Origin: the human T2T-CHM13v2.0 reference genome, Homo sapiens
DNA length: 64,000 nt
Assembly: GCF_009914755.1 (NCBI RefSeq)
Contig: NC_060928.1
Strand: one strand, 5' to 3'
In this document: positions 11,801-26,410 of the stretch, piece after piece
Position numbering within the stretch: position 1 is the first letter of the stretch
Layout: each line of letters begins with the position of its first letter
Made by a program: the position numbers and the translations under genes
Notes under the pieces: model-generated
What the model saw: the letters and a program-made list of their open reading frames with translations, nothing else
Told to the model about the DNA's origin: nothing
Database searches by the model: none

Positions 11801-14749
11801 CAGAATAGAGCAGATGATATCTTACACTGTTGCTTAATGTGTCAACAACCTGCAGGTCCCTACACAATAGTTCTAGACCTTATGAAGCAGATCCCATCAA
11901 ACTTATCCTTGACCCAAAGTGCTTGTTTCTTTGACCAGAATTACTCAGTTGATTAAATTCAGTAGTGAGTTGCTGGACCACGGTTTAGAAGTCTATAGAT
12001 CCAGTCTTTTTACTAACATGGAAAAACAAAATAGGCCTTCCCATTTTTGCTCACATCCAGTGAGAATAGAAGAGTGTGGGGCCTCCTACTCCTCTCTTAG
12101 TGTTAGGTGTGTCTTATGTCTTTAGCTAACCCAATAGGTTTAATCCACAATAAAGCCACTGGGACAGTCAGAAACATGAGTGGCAAAGAGCCAAATCATT
12201 GGGCTTCCCAGTGGAAAACATGCTTCATAATACCCCAGACATATCTAGATTTAGCAGTATATCATTGCTCCACTGAGCATGTTATTAATCTTGTTAGCCA
12301 TCAGCCATATTTGGTATCATATCCCTGCAATGAACTTCCTTTGCAAATCAAAACCTAAAGTATGACATCACCAGCAGCTGGAGTTGGGAAATAAACTCAG
12401 GGCTAACACCAAGAGAAAACATAAACATTGGAATAAGCAAATATGCTCAACGAAAGGGAGATGCTTTATACCACACATCTAGTGCTAACTTCTCTCACAC
12501 CTGATCTGAATTCATCCCATTTAATAAATGTTAGCCTAAAATAATTCTCATTATTGTATATAGTTTTCAGTAGTTTGGGTGTTTTTAAATCTCATGAAAA
12601 GATTTTTACAAATAACTTATCTTCTTTACAAGGTTTCTATTTCAATTACCTTCTGTAACACAGCACTTCTACTGTTTTAAAGTTTGGTGTTTGTTCCTTC
12701 ACCTCACACATTCCACTCTTAGAGAAGTTCCTCTCAGTTGGCAGTTTCTATTTATATTTCAACATATTAGTACAACAAATTTAAATAAAATCCTCTACTT
12801 GTATCATTAATTAGCATTTGGCAATGGGCCTGATTAAATGCCCTTGGAAGCAAAATGATTTAAGTATCAAAAAGGTTATTTTTATCATCTATTAAAAATG
12901 CCTGTTAGAGAACTATTGCCACCACCTTCCCAGCCTCTGCACAGAGTCTAGTATAGTACTTAATGCACCTCTCCAGATTGCATTGAGTAACTGTCAGTCA
13001 GCGTGGTCAGTTTTTCTAACAAATGAGGAAAGCTTGTCTGAAAGAGAGGAGTTTAAATAATTAAAAACCTTTTAAGTTTAAATGAGTAAAATAATTTCTG
13101 GAGTTCATGCTGGAACTTCAAGAAACAAGGTTTTCTCTTAGTTATTGACATTTCTCCTTGATATGTATATTTTATTGATTGATATTGACTTCTTATTGAA
13201 GGTCTTCTCTGTGCCTGGGATTTATTTAACCAGCAGAACTCCTAATCTGTACTCTTCTAACTGAGAAGCTGAATGTGCTTTGTCAGACACCCTGACTGAA
13301 TGTGAACTGCATTGAGCATAGAAAACTTTGGCTTTATAGCTACTGACTGTCATTCATAGGTCTCTCTTATTCACCACTGTGTTTCTAGCAAATAGTATAG
13401 TGCCTGGTAATAAACGCTCACTAAATATGTGTTATATAATGAAGTATATCTACCTAGAGTATATCTCTAAAAAGAGAGGATGGCTTAAAAATAAGGTAGA
13501 TTGCCATATATTTTCTACTTGTTTGTGATTCCATTTAAATATGAGATATAGCTATAAGAAGTGAGTGATTTGGAGGGAAAATATTTGGAGCAAGTAATGC
13601 AGTGAGCCTTGAAAAATCAGCCACCGTGACAGTATATTGCCCCCCTCTTATGAAATGATCTAGGTGAGAACGAAATAAAGAACAGAAGAAAGGGAGGAAG
13701 GCTATGAGGGAAAGAGAAAAATATTTTTTTTATACTTAACATGGGAAAATGTTATAGCTAAGTATTATCATTGAGTAATCTATTTGATTTTTAAGATTTT
13801 CTACAAATTAATACACCCTGTATGAAATAAATAAAAATATCCATTTGCTGTGACTTTTCCAGATATAGTGTTTTGTGTCTTTCTGACTCATCAGGAAAAT
13901 TAGAAACAATGTTCCATGATGAGTAATGCTTTAGTCACTAAAATAAAGATTTTAATGTTACAAATGGGGGATTTTATTGAATAGAGACTTTTCTGGGCTT
14001 TTTTTGGCATATGAGTAAATATTTATTAAGCAAAGAGATTTAAGACATAAAGACTCCTGTCAGGGAATTTACAATCTGCTATCTTCAATAACAGTCTTAG
14101 GAGGAAAAAAGGAAAAATATGGAAATAAAGAGGAATCTGTGTTTCAAGAAAACCTTCCAGAAAGAAAGAGGAACTGGAGAAGAGGGGGAAACAATACAAC
14201 ATAATGAATTTAACACCTGAAAAGAACCTCAAATTCTAGGGAGGAAAATATGCTCAGAAATGTAATCCACCACCACTTTCAGTCATAGGTACAGTGTTAT
14301 TCAATTTTACCAACAAAAAAATCCAAATATTGAAGAAAATGAAAGTAGATCTGAACTATAATATTAATAAAATATTTATCAGTCAAACATTCATACTAAG
14401 AAGCTGGCTACTTTTCAAATATAACTCAACAGTGAACGAGATGAATTTTAGATCATGTATGTAAAAGAGGCTTGAAATAATCCTCTGAATATCAATGCTA
14501 GTTTTTGTAAACACAGACAATACACCCCTTAGCACATTGAGTTGTCTTCATCTTGGGAAACATTCATTGCATTGGTTGCATATTCTTAAATTTTTTCCCC
14601 TCATTTCCTTAGTGCTACTAAAAAGTAAACCGCCCAGAAAAAAATTACTGCCCTTCTCCATGGCACCATGAAGGCAAATGTATCAGGTGAATAGATTGAC
14701 GTATGTAAGCTTGCTCCATGACAGAAGAGAGAAGGACAGGGAAGGAATC

Positions 14750-14950
14750 CTTAGTACGGGTCTTCTATGTGCCAGATGCTGTACTAAGGATATTGTGAAT
14801 CCTTTTTGAATCTTCATGACAACCTTGGAAATTAGTATTAATAGAAATATTATTTCTATTTTAGAGAAAAAGAATTGAGAATCAAAGACCTATTTACCAG
14901 TTTCACAAAGCTAACAATTAGTGCAAGTAGGATCTGAACACAGGTCCATT
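14750..14950 (-). mobile_element. MIR SINE
   Basis: ctatgtgccagatgctgtactaagg...aatcttcatgacaaccttg...ctattttagaga...ggatctgaacacaggtc. Confidence 0.7.
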
Positions 14951-16119
14951 AAGCTAAAAATTGCTAGCTCACCCCCCACTAGACCACGCAACATCCTTTA
15001 CAAGAGAAAGGTTCAATAAAACCAGCATGCACTCATTCTGGTCTACAAATATGCACTCAGTGTTAGATGACTTGTTATGCTTAACTGAATAAGTGCTGCC
15101 AGTGACAACAGCTTGGTTGCTTCTATAATCTGTACTCTGGAAGTAATATTCATATGTCTGTGTCATGACCTTTGTGGGTACTTTTTAGGTAGCTCTCTTG
15201 TGAAGCTAACATTGCCTGTTTTGTAGATTCCACATTTGTTGAATGGTCTGATGTTGGTAATTATCTCTACCACCACCAAGAACAACAACAGATTGTGTCT
15301 TGTTATTCTCTGCAGCCACTAACACAGCACCTTGCATAGAACTGGTAGTAAATGATTACTGAATCAAACTGAAATATATTGAACTGAATTGAATTGTCTT
15401 GAATTAAGAGACCAGGTAGCATGTTCACATCATTTTTGGCTCAAATAACTATTGAGCACTGTATGCCAGGTGACACTGTATTTCCTAGTATAATCCAGGC
15501 TGTTTCATTTTCCTCCAACATCTTTAAAATAGAAAACAAGAACCCATTGTTTGTTATTTTACCATGGACCCCTATAACTTGAGATATAACAGTATTTAAT
15601 ATTTTTTAACGTTGCCATTTAGAGCTACAAGTCAGTATTATAGACAAGTCTACCTTCTGTGTTACTTTTTCCCCCATTGGGAAAGTGGAAATATGAATAT
15701 TTTACCCTAGAATCTTTTCAATTATGAAAATTTAATTATTGAGTTATGTGTGGCATTGCAGGTTTGGAGGAAGAGTGGGAATCTGAAACAATATCAAGAT
15801 GCTCTGTGATTTACTCCCTAGCGTGATCGGACTTCCTCTGCAACTTGGGTTAGAGCCCTGAGAACCACAGTCCCTGAGTGATTTAGTCTGCTGGTGTCTG
15901 ATTCTTCTAACTCCTTTTCCACATGGCCATGACCAATGTGGCCATTCAATGTGGCCATTCGTAAGATATGCGAATTCTCAGGGATGTAATTAAGGAGGCA
16001 CTGGGATGCTTTCATCAAAGGACAGTTTATCCGCTGCAGCTCTACTGCTGTTGTGCAGGTTAACTACTTGGCAGTCCGTTCATGTCCTGGAGTCAATCTG
16101 TGTTTAAAGAATGGAGGTG

Positions 16120-17452
16120 CTCCCTCTCCCTCTCCCCCTCCCCCTCCCCCTCTCCCCACAGTCTCCCTCTCCCTCTTTTTCCACCGTCTCCCTCTGATGC
16201 CCAGCCGAAGCTGGACTGTACTGCTGCCATCTCTGCTCACTGCAACCTCCCTGCCTGATTCTCCTGCCTCAGCCTGCGGAGTGCCTGCGACTGCAGGCGC
16301 GCGCCCCCACGCCTGACTGGTTTTCGTATTTTTTGCGGGGAGACGGGGTTTCGCTGTGTTGGCCGGGCTGGTCTCCAGCTCCTAACCGCGAGTGATCTGC
16401 CAGCCTCGGCTCCCGAGGTGCCGGGATTGCAGATGGAGTCTCATTCACTCAGTGCTCAATGTTGCCCAGGCTGGAGTGCAGTGGCGTGATCTCGGCTTGC
16501 TACAACCTCCACCTCCCAGCCGCCTGCCTTGGCCTCCCAAAGTGCCGAGATTGCAGCCTCTGCCCGGCCGCCACCCCGTCTGGAAAGTGAGGAGCGTCTC
16601 TGCCCGGCTGCCCCGTCTGAGAAGTGAGGAGCCCCTCCGCCCGGCAGCCGCCCCGTCTGAGAAGTGAGGAGCCCCTCTGCCCGGCAGCCGCCCCGTCTGA
16701 GAAGTGAGGAGCCCCTCCGCCCGGCAGCCGCCCCGTCTGAGAAGTGAGGAGCCCCTCTGCCTGGCAGCCGCCCCGTCTGGGAAGTAAGGAGCGTCTCCGC
16801 CCGGCAGCCGCCCCGTCCGGGAGGGAGGTGGGGGGCAGCCCCCACCCGGCCAGCCGCCCCATCAAGGAGGTGGGGGGCACCTCTGCCCGGCCGCCCCTTC
16901 TGGGAAGTGAGGAGCCCCTCTGCCCGGCCGCCACCCCGTCTGGGAGGTGTACCCAACAGCTCATTGAGAACGGGCCATGATGACGATGGTGGTTTTGTCG
17001 AATAGAAAAGGGGGAAATGTGGGGAAAAGATTGAGAAATCAGATTGTTGCTGTGTCTGTGTAGAAAGAAGTAGACATAGGAGACTCCATTTTGTTCTGTA
17101 CTAAGAAAAATTCTTCTGCCTTGGGATGCTGTTGATCTATGACCTTACCCCCAACCCGGTGCTCTCTGAAACATGTGCTGTGTCCACTCAGGGTTAAATG
17201 GATTAAGGGCAGTGCAAGATGTGCTTTGTTAAACAGATGCTTGAAGGCAGCATGCTCGTTAAGAGTCATCACCACTCCCTAATCTCAAGTACGCAGGGAC
17301 ACAAACACTGAGGAAGGCCCCAGGGTCCTCTGCCTAGGAAAACCAGAGACCTTTGTTCACTTGTTTATCTGCTGACCTTCCCTCCACTATTGTCCTATGA
17401 CCCTGCCAAATCCCCCTCTGCGAGAAACACCCAAGAATGATCAATTAAAAAA
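16120..17452 (+). mobile_element. Full-length SVA retrotransposon (SVA_C-like), short VNTR
   Basis: CCCTCT-type hexamer head (16120-16175), antisense Alu-like region, GC-rich VNTR (~16560-16950), SINE-R and short A tail. TSD aaagaatggaggtg 16106-16119 / aaagaacggaggtg 17453-17466 at a TTT/AAAG L1-endonuclease site. The SINE-R variant gggatgctgttgatctatgacc...caacccggtg suggests SVA_C. Confidence 0.97.
16560..16950 (+). repeat. SVA VNTR (~37-bp GC-rich tandem units)
   Basis: Repeated gaagtgaggagcccctc(c/t)gcccggcagccgccccgtctga units. Confidence 0.95.
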
Positions 17453-18249
17453 AAAGAACGGAGGTGAGTGGGCAGGACAGGGCAGTTTATCTTTGCTACG
17501 CTCTCATTTATTATCGCATTGCTTCCTCACATGGCACTACCTCAGCTGATCAAAATCAGGGATCACATATCACCAGAGTTATTGGGATGAAAGGCAAAAT
17601 ACATTTTTTGTTCACTGTACGTAAGAGTATTTAAAATAATCATGGCAATAAATCAGATGGAAATACCCAAACATAGAAGAGGCTTATTCTGGAGCAGGAA
17701 TTACTTTCTTCTTTTGCTAGCTTCCCATGACAGTTACAGACATCTTCCCAATATATGAATATTCTCAGTGATCAGATTGGCTTGGAAAATTGTGTCAGTC
17801 CACACACGGCCTGCAGCCAACAAATCTGCTCTTTATTTCAAACAGGGAATGGTCGGTTATCAGCAGGAGAAGTTCAGCTCTATTCCACTTCCTGACATAA
17901 GGCCATAACCCTTTGAAAGACTTCAGCATAAAGATGGTCTACTAAAATAGCATTGATTTAAATCATGCTTTCTCTCTGTCCCTCCTAAATGTCAACACAA
18001 TCAAAATTTATTGGATGCCCATCATGCTCCAATAAGGTCAAAGTGAGAGGCCAGAAAAAGTATGAAAGAGACAGAGGCGAGTAAGAAGGGCAGATAGACT
18101 AGAGGAAATGCAACTCTGAAAAAAATCCTGAAGATTTTTGAAAATACCAGAAATCAAACCACTGAAATCAAACAGGTACAACAAAGTGAAAGCAGAAATT
18201 TTTTCATCCATTGAAAAGACATGACAAGTCAATCAACGTAAATGTGACA

Positions 18250-19020
18250 GACTAGGACCCTCAACACAGAAAACTTGAAGCAAAAACTGTGCCAGGAAGA
18301 CAGATGGAATTCATCATTCCATTGCAGTATCCTGAAATACACAGGGCTTTGCAAACTATCCCTCTGAACTATGGGAGTAACATCATTTAACACAGTCATT
18401 AAATGCAAGAGCCATAACATGTATAGTAATCATGTGAAGGTGACAGCAGTCTGCTGAAAAACACTCAGGACATCTCAAACTTTGCCAGCAGACTCAACAA
18501 AGAAAACTGTACAAGGCTCCCTCACATGGCTGAAAAGCTGCCTTTCCATCTAAAGCTATTCAGAAGAGACTATAAGCCCCAACTTAGCATCATTCAATAA
18601 GCACGTGATCAGGAATGATTCAGTGGAGAATGACAATCTATGTGCCCAGGGATTGAACATAGGCTCCACTAAATAGTAGAGGCGGTGGGGTACAGAAGGC
18701 ATTGGGAGAGGTTTACATGGCCAGTCTGTTTTGAGAAGATATGGCTTTCTTAGGAGCCTCCAGCACAGAGTATTTTTGCTGCAACGAAATGTTGTTTTGG
18801 AACAAGCCATTCCAGCACACAACAGCATGAACTAACAAAGCCTGGAGTCCAGTGGAGGCCACCTCCTCACCCTGTTACATTAACTGCTGCTAGTGTTGCT
18901 ATGACAACTTTTCAAAGTAGCCTTACTGGGGACCAGAGTAAAAAAAAACCCTACAGGCACAGATTATGTCTACAGGACATGAAAGAGATGGTCAATGCAG
19001 TGGAGGGTAAATGGTCAAGA
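18250..19020 (+). mobile_element. Ancient RTE-clade (L4/RTE-X-like) LINE remnant, AP-endonuclease domain
   Basis: Ordered, frameshifted APE-like motifs: TLN 18257, IIPLQ 18313, MTIYVP 18630, SGGHLLTLL 18851, SVAMTTFQ 18892, TDYV 18959, KRW 18983. Confidence 0.55.
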
Positions 19021-20509
19021 CAGCTCTTAAACATTATTTAGAAACCCTCCACCCCCAATTTAAAAAATTGTCTGAAATGTTCACTTACATTATCATGAAA
19101 GTATACAAAAGTTTCTTTATAAACCTTAATATGATAATTACATAGGACCCCGAAAAGTTGCCCTTTCTGATTCCTATGATCAAAATGTAATTTTTCTTTG
19201 TCCCAGTGCAAGTGTCCCACATTGCAAGAGACTTTTATAACCCACTTGATATTCAAGCCGCATGAGAGAGGATATTTGATACAGAGAACCAAGTGGAAAA
19301 ATGAGATCAGTAAGTTTACATGCCACAGTGGCATGTGACACATATCCTATGGTCAAGGACAAGCAATTCAAATAATAAGACGGATGATAAAGAACTCTTC
19401 CTTGTTTCCCAATTTTATCAAGAAAAAAATTACTTCCCTTAGTAATTATTTATTTTCCAGTTTCCACACGTGGTTCTCATGATAATTGCTGACTTTGTAA
19501 AATGTTAGAACACTGACACTTATGTAAAGCAAAGTGGCTTTTGACATTTATGAAGTGGTGGTTCTCTATAAATATAGAAAAGGGGTAATCATCACAAGAA
19601 CTACTCAATGGAATAGATCAATAGTGAAGACAAATACTCTTCTTTCATTGAAATTCAGAAGGCAAAAAACGTCCATTTTTTATCTCTTTGATAAACTAGC
19701 ACATTCTGTGACTTGCCAAATAAGATTTAAGATCACAGCTATGACACAGACACAGGGAAATTTTAGGAAGAAAGGAATCATAGGTCAACTTGGTCTATTT
19801 CCTCTCCTCGTATAGATCTATATATAGATATATGTATGTGATCACCTTTGGAGACAGATAGTGGTAGGTATACTGTCACTCACCTTATGATCTCCTGTAA
19901 AAAAAAATCATCAGTTGTGGGTAGCTCGTAACACAACATAAGCAGTGATATCTATCACAAAATTGCTGGAAAAGCAGATAAGCTTTGAAGAGTGATTTGG
20001 GGAATATAAAGTACAAATTGTGCTTCCATTTTCAGTGACATTCTTTTCCTCACAACCAGAGACCAGTGCTGGAGAAGGCACAGTGGCAGTCAGTTCCCCT
20101 GTGGAGACCACAAGCAGCCTAGGCCAGAAGCTTCTCAAAGAGCTGAAATTGGGCATTTATGCATATTTGCCAATTCACCCCTTGTTAGGCTTGCCTATGA
20201 TATGCGTGGAGGCCAAGCAGCCATAGGCCAGAAAGCAGTTGCCAAACAAGGATAGGCTGTGCCCATCTCAGGAACTCAGCTTGAATGTTGGGTTAATTTT
20301 AGCCTTACACAGCATCAGCATGGCTCTTCGACCCTTCTCCCTCACCTCTTTCATCGTATTTTAATATCTTAAAGGGTCAGAGATTTGATTACTATCAAGG
20401 AGGTTCCAATTCCCATATGGGTGATATAGGACTCTCGAAACATGTCTGGCGGCATGTTTCATTTATGAACAAATATTTATGGAGCACCTACTCTGAATAT
20501 GTATGTGAG

Positions 20510-20765
20510 AGTGTGTGGTTCAGTGGCCAAAAGTGTGTGCCCTGGAATCAGGCTGCCTGATTCAAACCCTGACTGCCATTTGCCAGGTGGGTTAGCCTTG
20601 GTCAAATGGGCAATTAAAAATCCTGTGCCTCAATCTCCTCACCTATAAAACGGAGATAACAGTAGCACCCACTTCTTATAAATCCTGTGAGGATTAAGAA
20701 GTTAACACATGAGATGCACCTCAACAGTGCCTGGTGTACACTGGCCTTGGGAAGTATCAGCTCTA
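20510..20765 (+). mobile_element. MIR SINE
   Basis: ctggaatcaggctgcctg...ctgtgcctcaatctcctcacctataaaacggagataac...gtgaggattaa...cagtgcctgg. Confidence 0.85.
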
Positions 20766-21107
20766 TGTCTTCCCTGGCACAGGCTGGTGCCCACTAATAA
20801 ATAGGGTGAATTTGTAGCTTCCCATTTCATATCCCTTATCCAGCCTGTCCTACTTGACCCACATCTCATCCCCAAAGAAATAAATGAAATAGAGCATTCT
20901 TCTATTTATTATTTTTCCATTTAGCCTAAGGTATACAACTAAGTACAGAATAAACTGTTCATTGTACCTCAGTCTTTCCAAGTTATTTACCATAATTAAT
21001 TTCAGGGTCCAATAAGACAAATGATTTTTAAAAATAGTTTGTTCCACCTTCAAAATGGAAAACTCTAACTTTCCAATGTGCAATCCTGTTATTCATAAGG
21101 ATACCTA

Positions 21108-21735
21108 ACCTTTATTGAGTATTTACTATATGCTAGGCATTATGTTAAGCACTTATAAACTTTCCCTCTTAATCCTTATAAAAATCCCAAGAAGTGGGTG
21201 TTAGTTGCCCCAGTTTATAGATAAGGAAATTGAAGCTGATAAGGACTACTATCTTGACTAATCTCATACATGTAATAGAGTAACACCAACTGCTATAACA
21301 ACAAACCCCAAATCTCAGTGGCTTGTAAAATAAAACTTTCTTGCTCCTGTCCCAGCCTGATGCAGGACAGTAAGGGTGAGAGGGTGAGTGAGCTGTGCTA
21401 CCTGAAGTCATTCAAGGATCCAGGCTCCTTCTAACTTCTGGGTCCTTTTCCAGGTTCACTTCAGTCTTCTCCATTCAGCTGGCTAAGTGAGGATCACACA
21501 TGCAAAGGTATTTTTCTGGCCCAGGCCCGATGATGGCATACACTGCTCCTGTGCTCATTTTAGTGGCCAGAATGTAGTCATATGATCACACCCCAACTGC
21601 AAGGGAGATGTGGAATCATGTCATCCTAGGTGTTCATACTTGCAGTCTCCGAGCTGCACTGCTAGGAAATAGCAGAGCCAGGACTTGAACCAGATCCACC
21701 AGGCTCCAAAGCCCTTCCTGGTACCCACCACACTA
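21108..21735 (-). mobile_element. MIR SINE interrupted by an old MLT1 LTR
   Basis: tttattgagtatttactatatgctaggca... 21110-21270, resuming gcagagccaggacttgaacc...ctccaaagccc at 21670-21730. Confidence 0.7.
21271..21635 (-). mobile_element. Old MLT1 (J/K-like) MaLR LTR
   Basis: ctgctataacaacaaaccccaaatctcagtggctt...ggccagaatgtagtcatatg...aactgcaagggag. Confidence 0.7.
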
Positions 21736-22534
21736 TTCATATCTGCATTAGCCTTTCAGATTTCCCTGCATTGCTCTGCCATCTGACTTCTCAACAGATT
21801 GCAAGGCTAACTCACTCTATCTAAAGTTGTACTTGTGAAATTTAAAAAACAAGTTTTATATATACCTAGTTGTATATAACTATTTTCTTGACATGATTTA
21901 TTTCATCTCATCTAGAAAATAGTTAAGAACACCGTATAACTTGTATTGACCTACCTCCATCTCTCACCAGCCTTTGACTTCATACACAGGGACTGTCTCT
22001 GACTGAAACAGTACAACCTCCAAAGGGATTCCAAAGTATTACTGTCTCTTCAAAGCTCATATCAAAATATTACTACTATACTAAATGTAAATTTGTCACA
22101 CATGACATTCAAATTATTTGTATGATTTGTTTAGTCATCTTCATGCAAATATTAATTGGATTTTTTTCCTTAAACTAAGCAAATAAAGACATTGATGACC
22201 CATCTTATCAATAAGTGATAAACATCACGAGAATCCTTTAAGAACAGTGTTCACAGACTGATGTGTTGATGCTACACTGAAAAAAATCTGATGACGGATG
22301 TAGCAAAGATTATTCTAATCAATGCAGGTCTACAAAATGATTAAACATTAGGAAAGGCTTGTGCCACTACACACTAGCACCATCAATGTCTGGCAAACAT
22401 CCTAAATATAAATGGAAGAATCTAACTGAATGATTAATTCTGCTACTTGAGCAACACGCTATTGGAGACCAATTTGGGAAACACATCAATCCCTAATAAT
22501 AAAAGCCTTTATGCTCAACGATTGAGAAATTTTT

Positions 22535-24010
<1,476 letters not shown>

Positions 24011-25441
24011 TGCAATCCATGAGCCATGATTAACACTAAAATAGTGTCTGTCTGTACCAAAGGGGAGGAGATACCAAGTCACTGCTTTACTGTGGCCTAG
24101 GGAACAAGGTGAACCAACCAGTTGAACATAAGAAATATTGAACTGGACACAAAGCTTTTGGTTCTAGGATGCTGGGAAATGAAAACAGCAGCCAAACCTT
24201 CGAGCCTCCTGACTTTCTTGAGCAAAAGCACCAGGTAGCCTGTGGAACAAAGGGCAGTAAATAAAGAAAAGCCCAGTGAAAGAGTGGGAAAGAGTTTGTC
24301 TGGGATTTCCTCCCTTTTTAATGTTCTTGAGCCGTGTCTATTGGGAGATTTTGTTATAAATGGCAACACTGGAGAAAACATAGCTCCAAAAAAAAATAAC
24401 TATTCTGTAATTCTTTTTATCAGTGGGTAAGACTGGTACAATCAAACACATAGACATTATGTAGAATGTGACTCAGAATAAAAGAAACAGTTTGGTTTTA
24501 TTTTTTATTTGTATTTAGAGCTAGTTTTGAGAAATGTGATTTTTGTAAGACAGCAGGACAGAGAGGAAGCTGGTAAAAATTTACAGTGATTCTTAGACCT
24601 TCCCAAGCTTTCCCCTGATATTTTTATAGACCTGACCTCCACTCAACCTTTCTTCCTTCTGGAACTGCAACCACCATACTTGAAGTGTGCAAAAGAGGAC
24701 TTAGATATCAGCAGGAACTCCAGGTAGGGGAGTAAGATTTAAGTGCAATTGATATCAGGCATCAGATAAATCTCAACCAAGGGAATGAGTCTGTCCCTTC
24801 TCAAGCAGCAGGCTTAAACATGCCCAGATCTAGGACTGATAGATGTATGCTGCTATTTCATATACACCAAGGTGACCCCATTCACTCAGGCTGCCATAGC
24901 TGTGATTATTGAATAAATGTCCCCAACCGAGAAAGAAGTGCAAAAAGTGATTCTAACAAGCTAGACTCATCATCAGAATCAACATCCCTGAGCTCCAGTG
25001 ACTGAACCAAGCCAGGCTGGCCCTGTGGGGCCCAGGACTTCATCAGTTCCACTCTGTGCAGCAACAAATGGAAGTTTCCGTCCCAAAGCCCTGCTGATTC
25101 TTATGAAAATAGGCACTCCAATATTAATACTGGCTGGGCAGCTAATAAAGTAACTATCAGTTATCCAAGAATGTCATTATTCTTAGCTGCTAGTAAGGGA
25201 AAGGGCCAAGAACAAGGCAAAGGAATCCAGGGAAAGACAAATGTAACACTTAAGAAGAAATATGAGCAGAAAGGGTAATGTTAAATCATTTGATCATTTA
25301 ACTAGGAAAGCATTGAATGCAAGATTCATAAAATTTGAAAAGTGGTATACTTATGATTCAAAAGATTCATTTTTTTTCCAACAAAATGGGTACCAGCACA
25401 GAATTCTAACCTTTCTGGTTAAATACAGCCTACAGAATACC

Positions 25442-25496
25442 AAAAAAAAAAAAAAGAGAGAGAGAGAAAGAAAAAAGAAAAACAGAAAAAAAAAAA
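25442..25496 (+). repeat. A-rich / (GA)n low-complexity tract
   Basis: A14 followed by (GA)6 and further A runs. Confidence 0.85.
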
Positions 25497-26039
25497 CCAC
25501 TGTGTTAGCTTCAGGCTGAATTACTGCCCTCTCTTTAATAATGCCTGCAATTGTGAGATGTGGGGCTTTTTGATGCTGTATAGTTATCAACCTGTGAAAT
25601 ATCTGATTCTGTAAACTTTAAGAACATAGCAATAGCAAATCAACCAAAGTTGGAGGCTCAGTGAAAAAAGGATATCCCCAGCATTGTTCCTAGGGAAGAA
25701 CTCTGCTTTTCGTCAAAAGGCCCCTGAGGCCCCTTGAAAAAGGGATAAGATGCCTTGAAACAGATTTTGATTACATTTGTCCCACTTAAAAAAAAACTCA
25801 GTAAAAAAATCAGAGGAAACAATTTTTAATACCAAACCAAATAATGTGATGGCTTTTTAATTAGTATTGGTATTATCTAGGCACAGACTGGGTGGATGAT
25901 ACAATGTCAAAGGAATTTTTTTCTTGCCCAAAAGTTTGGCTCTGTGCTCTTTGCTCCTTGGTTGATACCAATTTCAACAGACAAATTGTCAATTCATGGT
26001 CCACATTTTTTCACTGGTTAAAGAATAAATCCTATTATC

Positions 26040-26400
26040 TGAACTAATCTCTGTAACCTCATGTCCCACCTACACCCTTACAAATCCCTCCTCAGTCACC
26101 TGTGACATGGCCTTACTAGACCACTTGATGTTTCCCAAACATGCCAGACTCTTACCTATCCCCATATACTGTTCTCTACTCTCAAAGCATCCCCTTCCCA
26201 CTCCATAATGTAGTAAAACCCTAATCAGATGCAGTACTAGTTATTCAATATGATTTCCTTGAACAACACCTAGCAGAATGAACAGCACACTCCCATCCCC
26301 AAAGACTTTGTTCATATAGCTACTTTATCAATCACCACAAAACCATGTGCTCCCTAAAGACAGCAATCACTCTTTAGCCATCATTCTACCCTGATTATTT
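26040..26400 (+). mobile_element. L2 fragment
   Basis: tggccttact...tttcccaaacatgccag...actgttctct...tgtgctccctaaagacag pattern of the L2 3' region. Confidence 0.5.
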
Positions 26401-26410
26401 AAATGAGAAC

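Noticed and set aside
15818-16018. 66-aa minus-strand ORF (MMKASQ...EVRSR)
   Set aside because: Short and unrecognised; its GHIGHGH motif comes from a 13-bp tandem duplication (caatgtggccatt twice, 15934-15959).
16560-16950. CRISPR-like array of ~37-bp repeats
   Set aside because: The units are tandem with no unique spacers, and they sit between the Alu-like and SINE-R parts of an SVA, so this is the VNTR.
16053-17275. Several 78-166 aa ORFs
   Set aside because: Read-throughs of GC-rich SVA sequence giving repetitive peptides.
19811-19835. Short palindrome atctatatatagat
   Set aside because: AT-dinucleotide low complexity; expected by chance.
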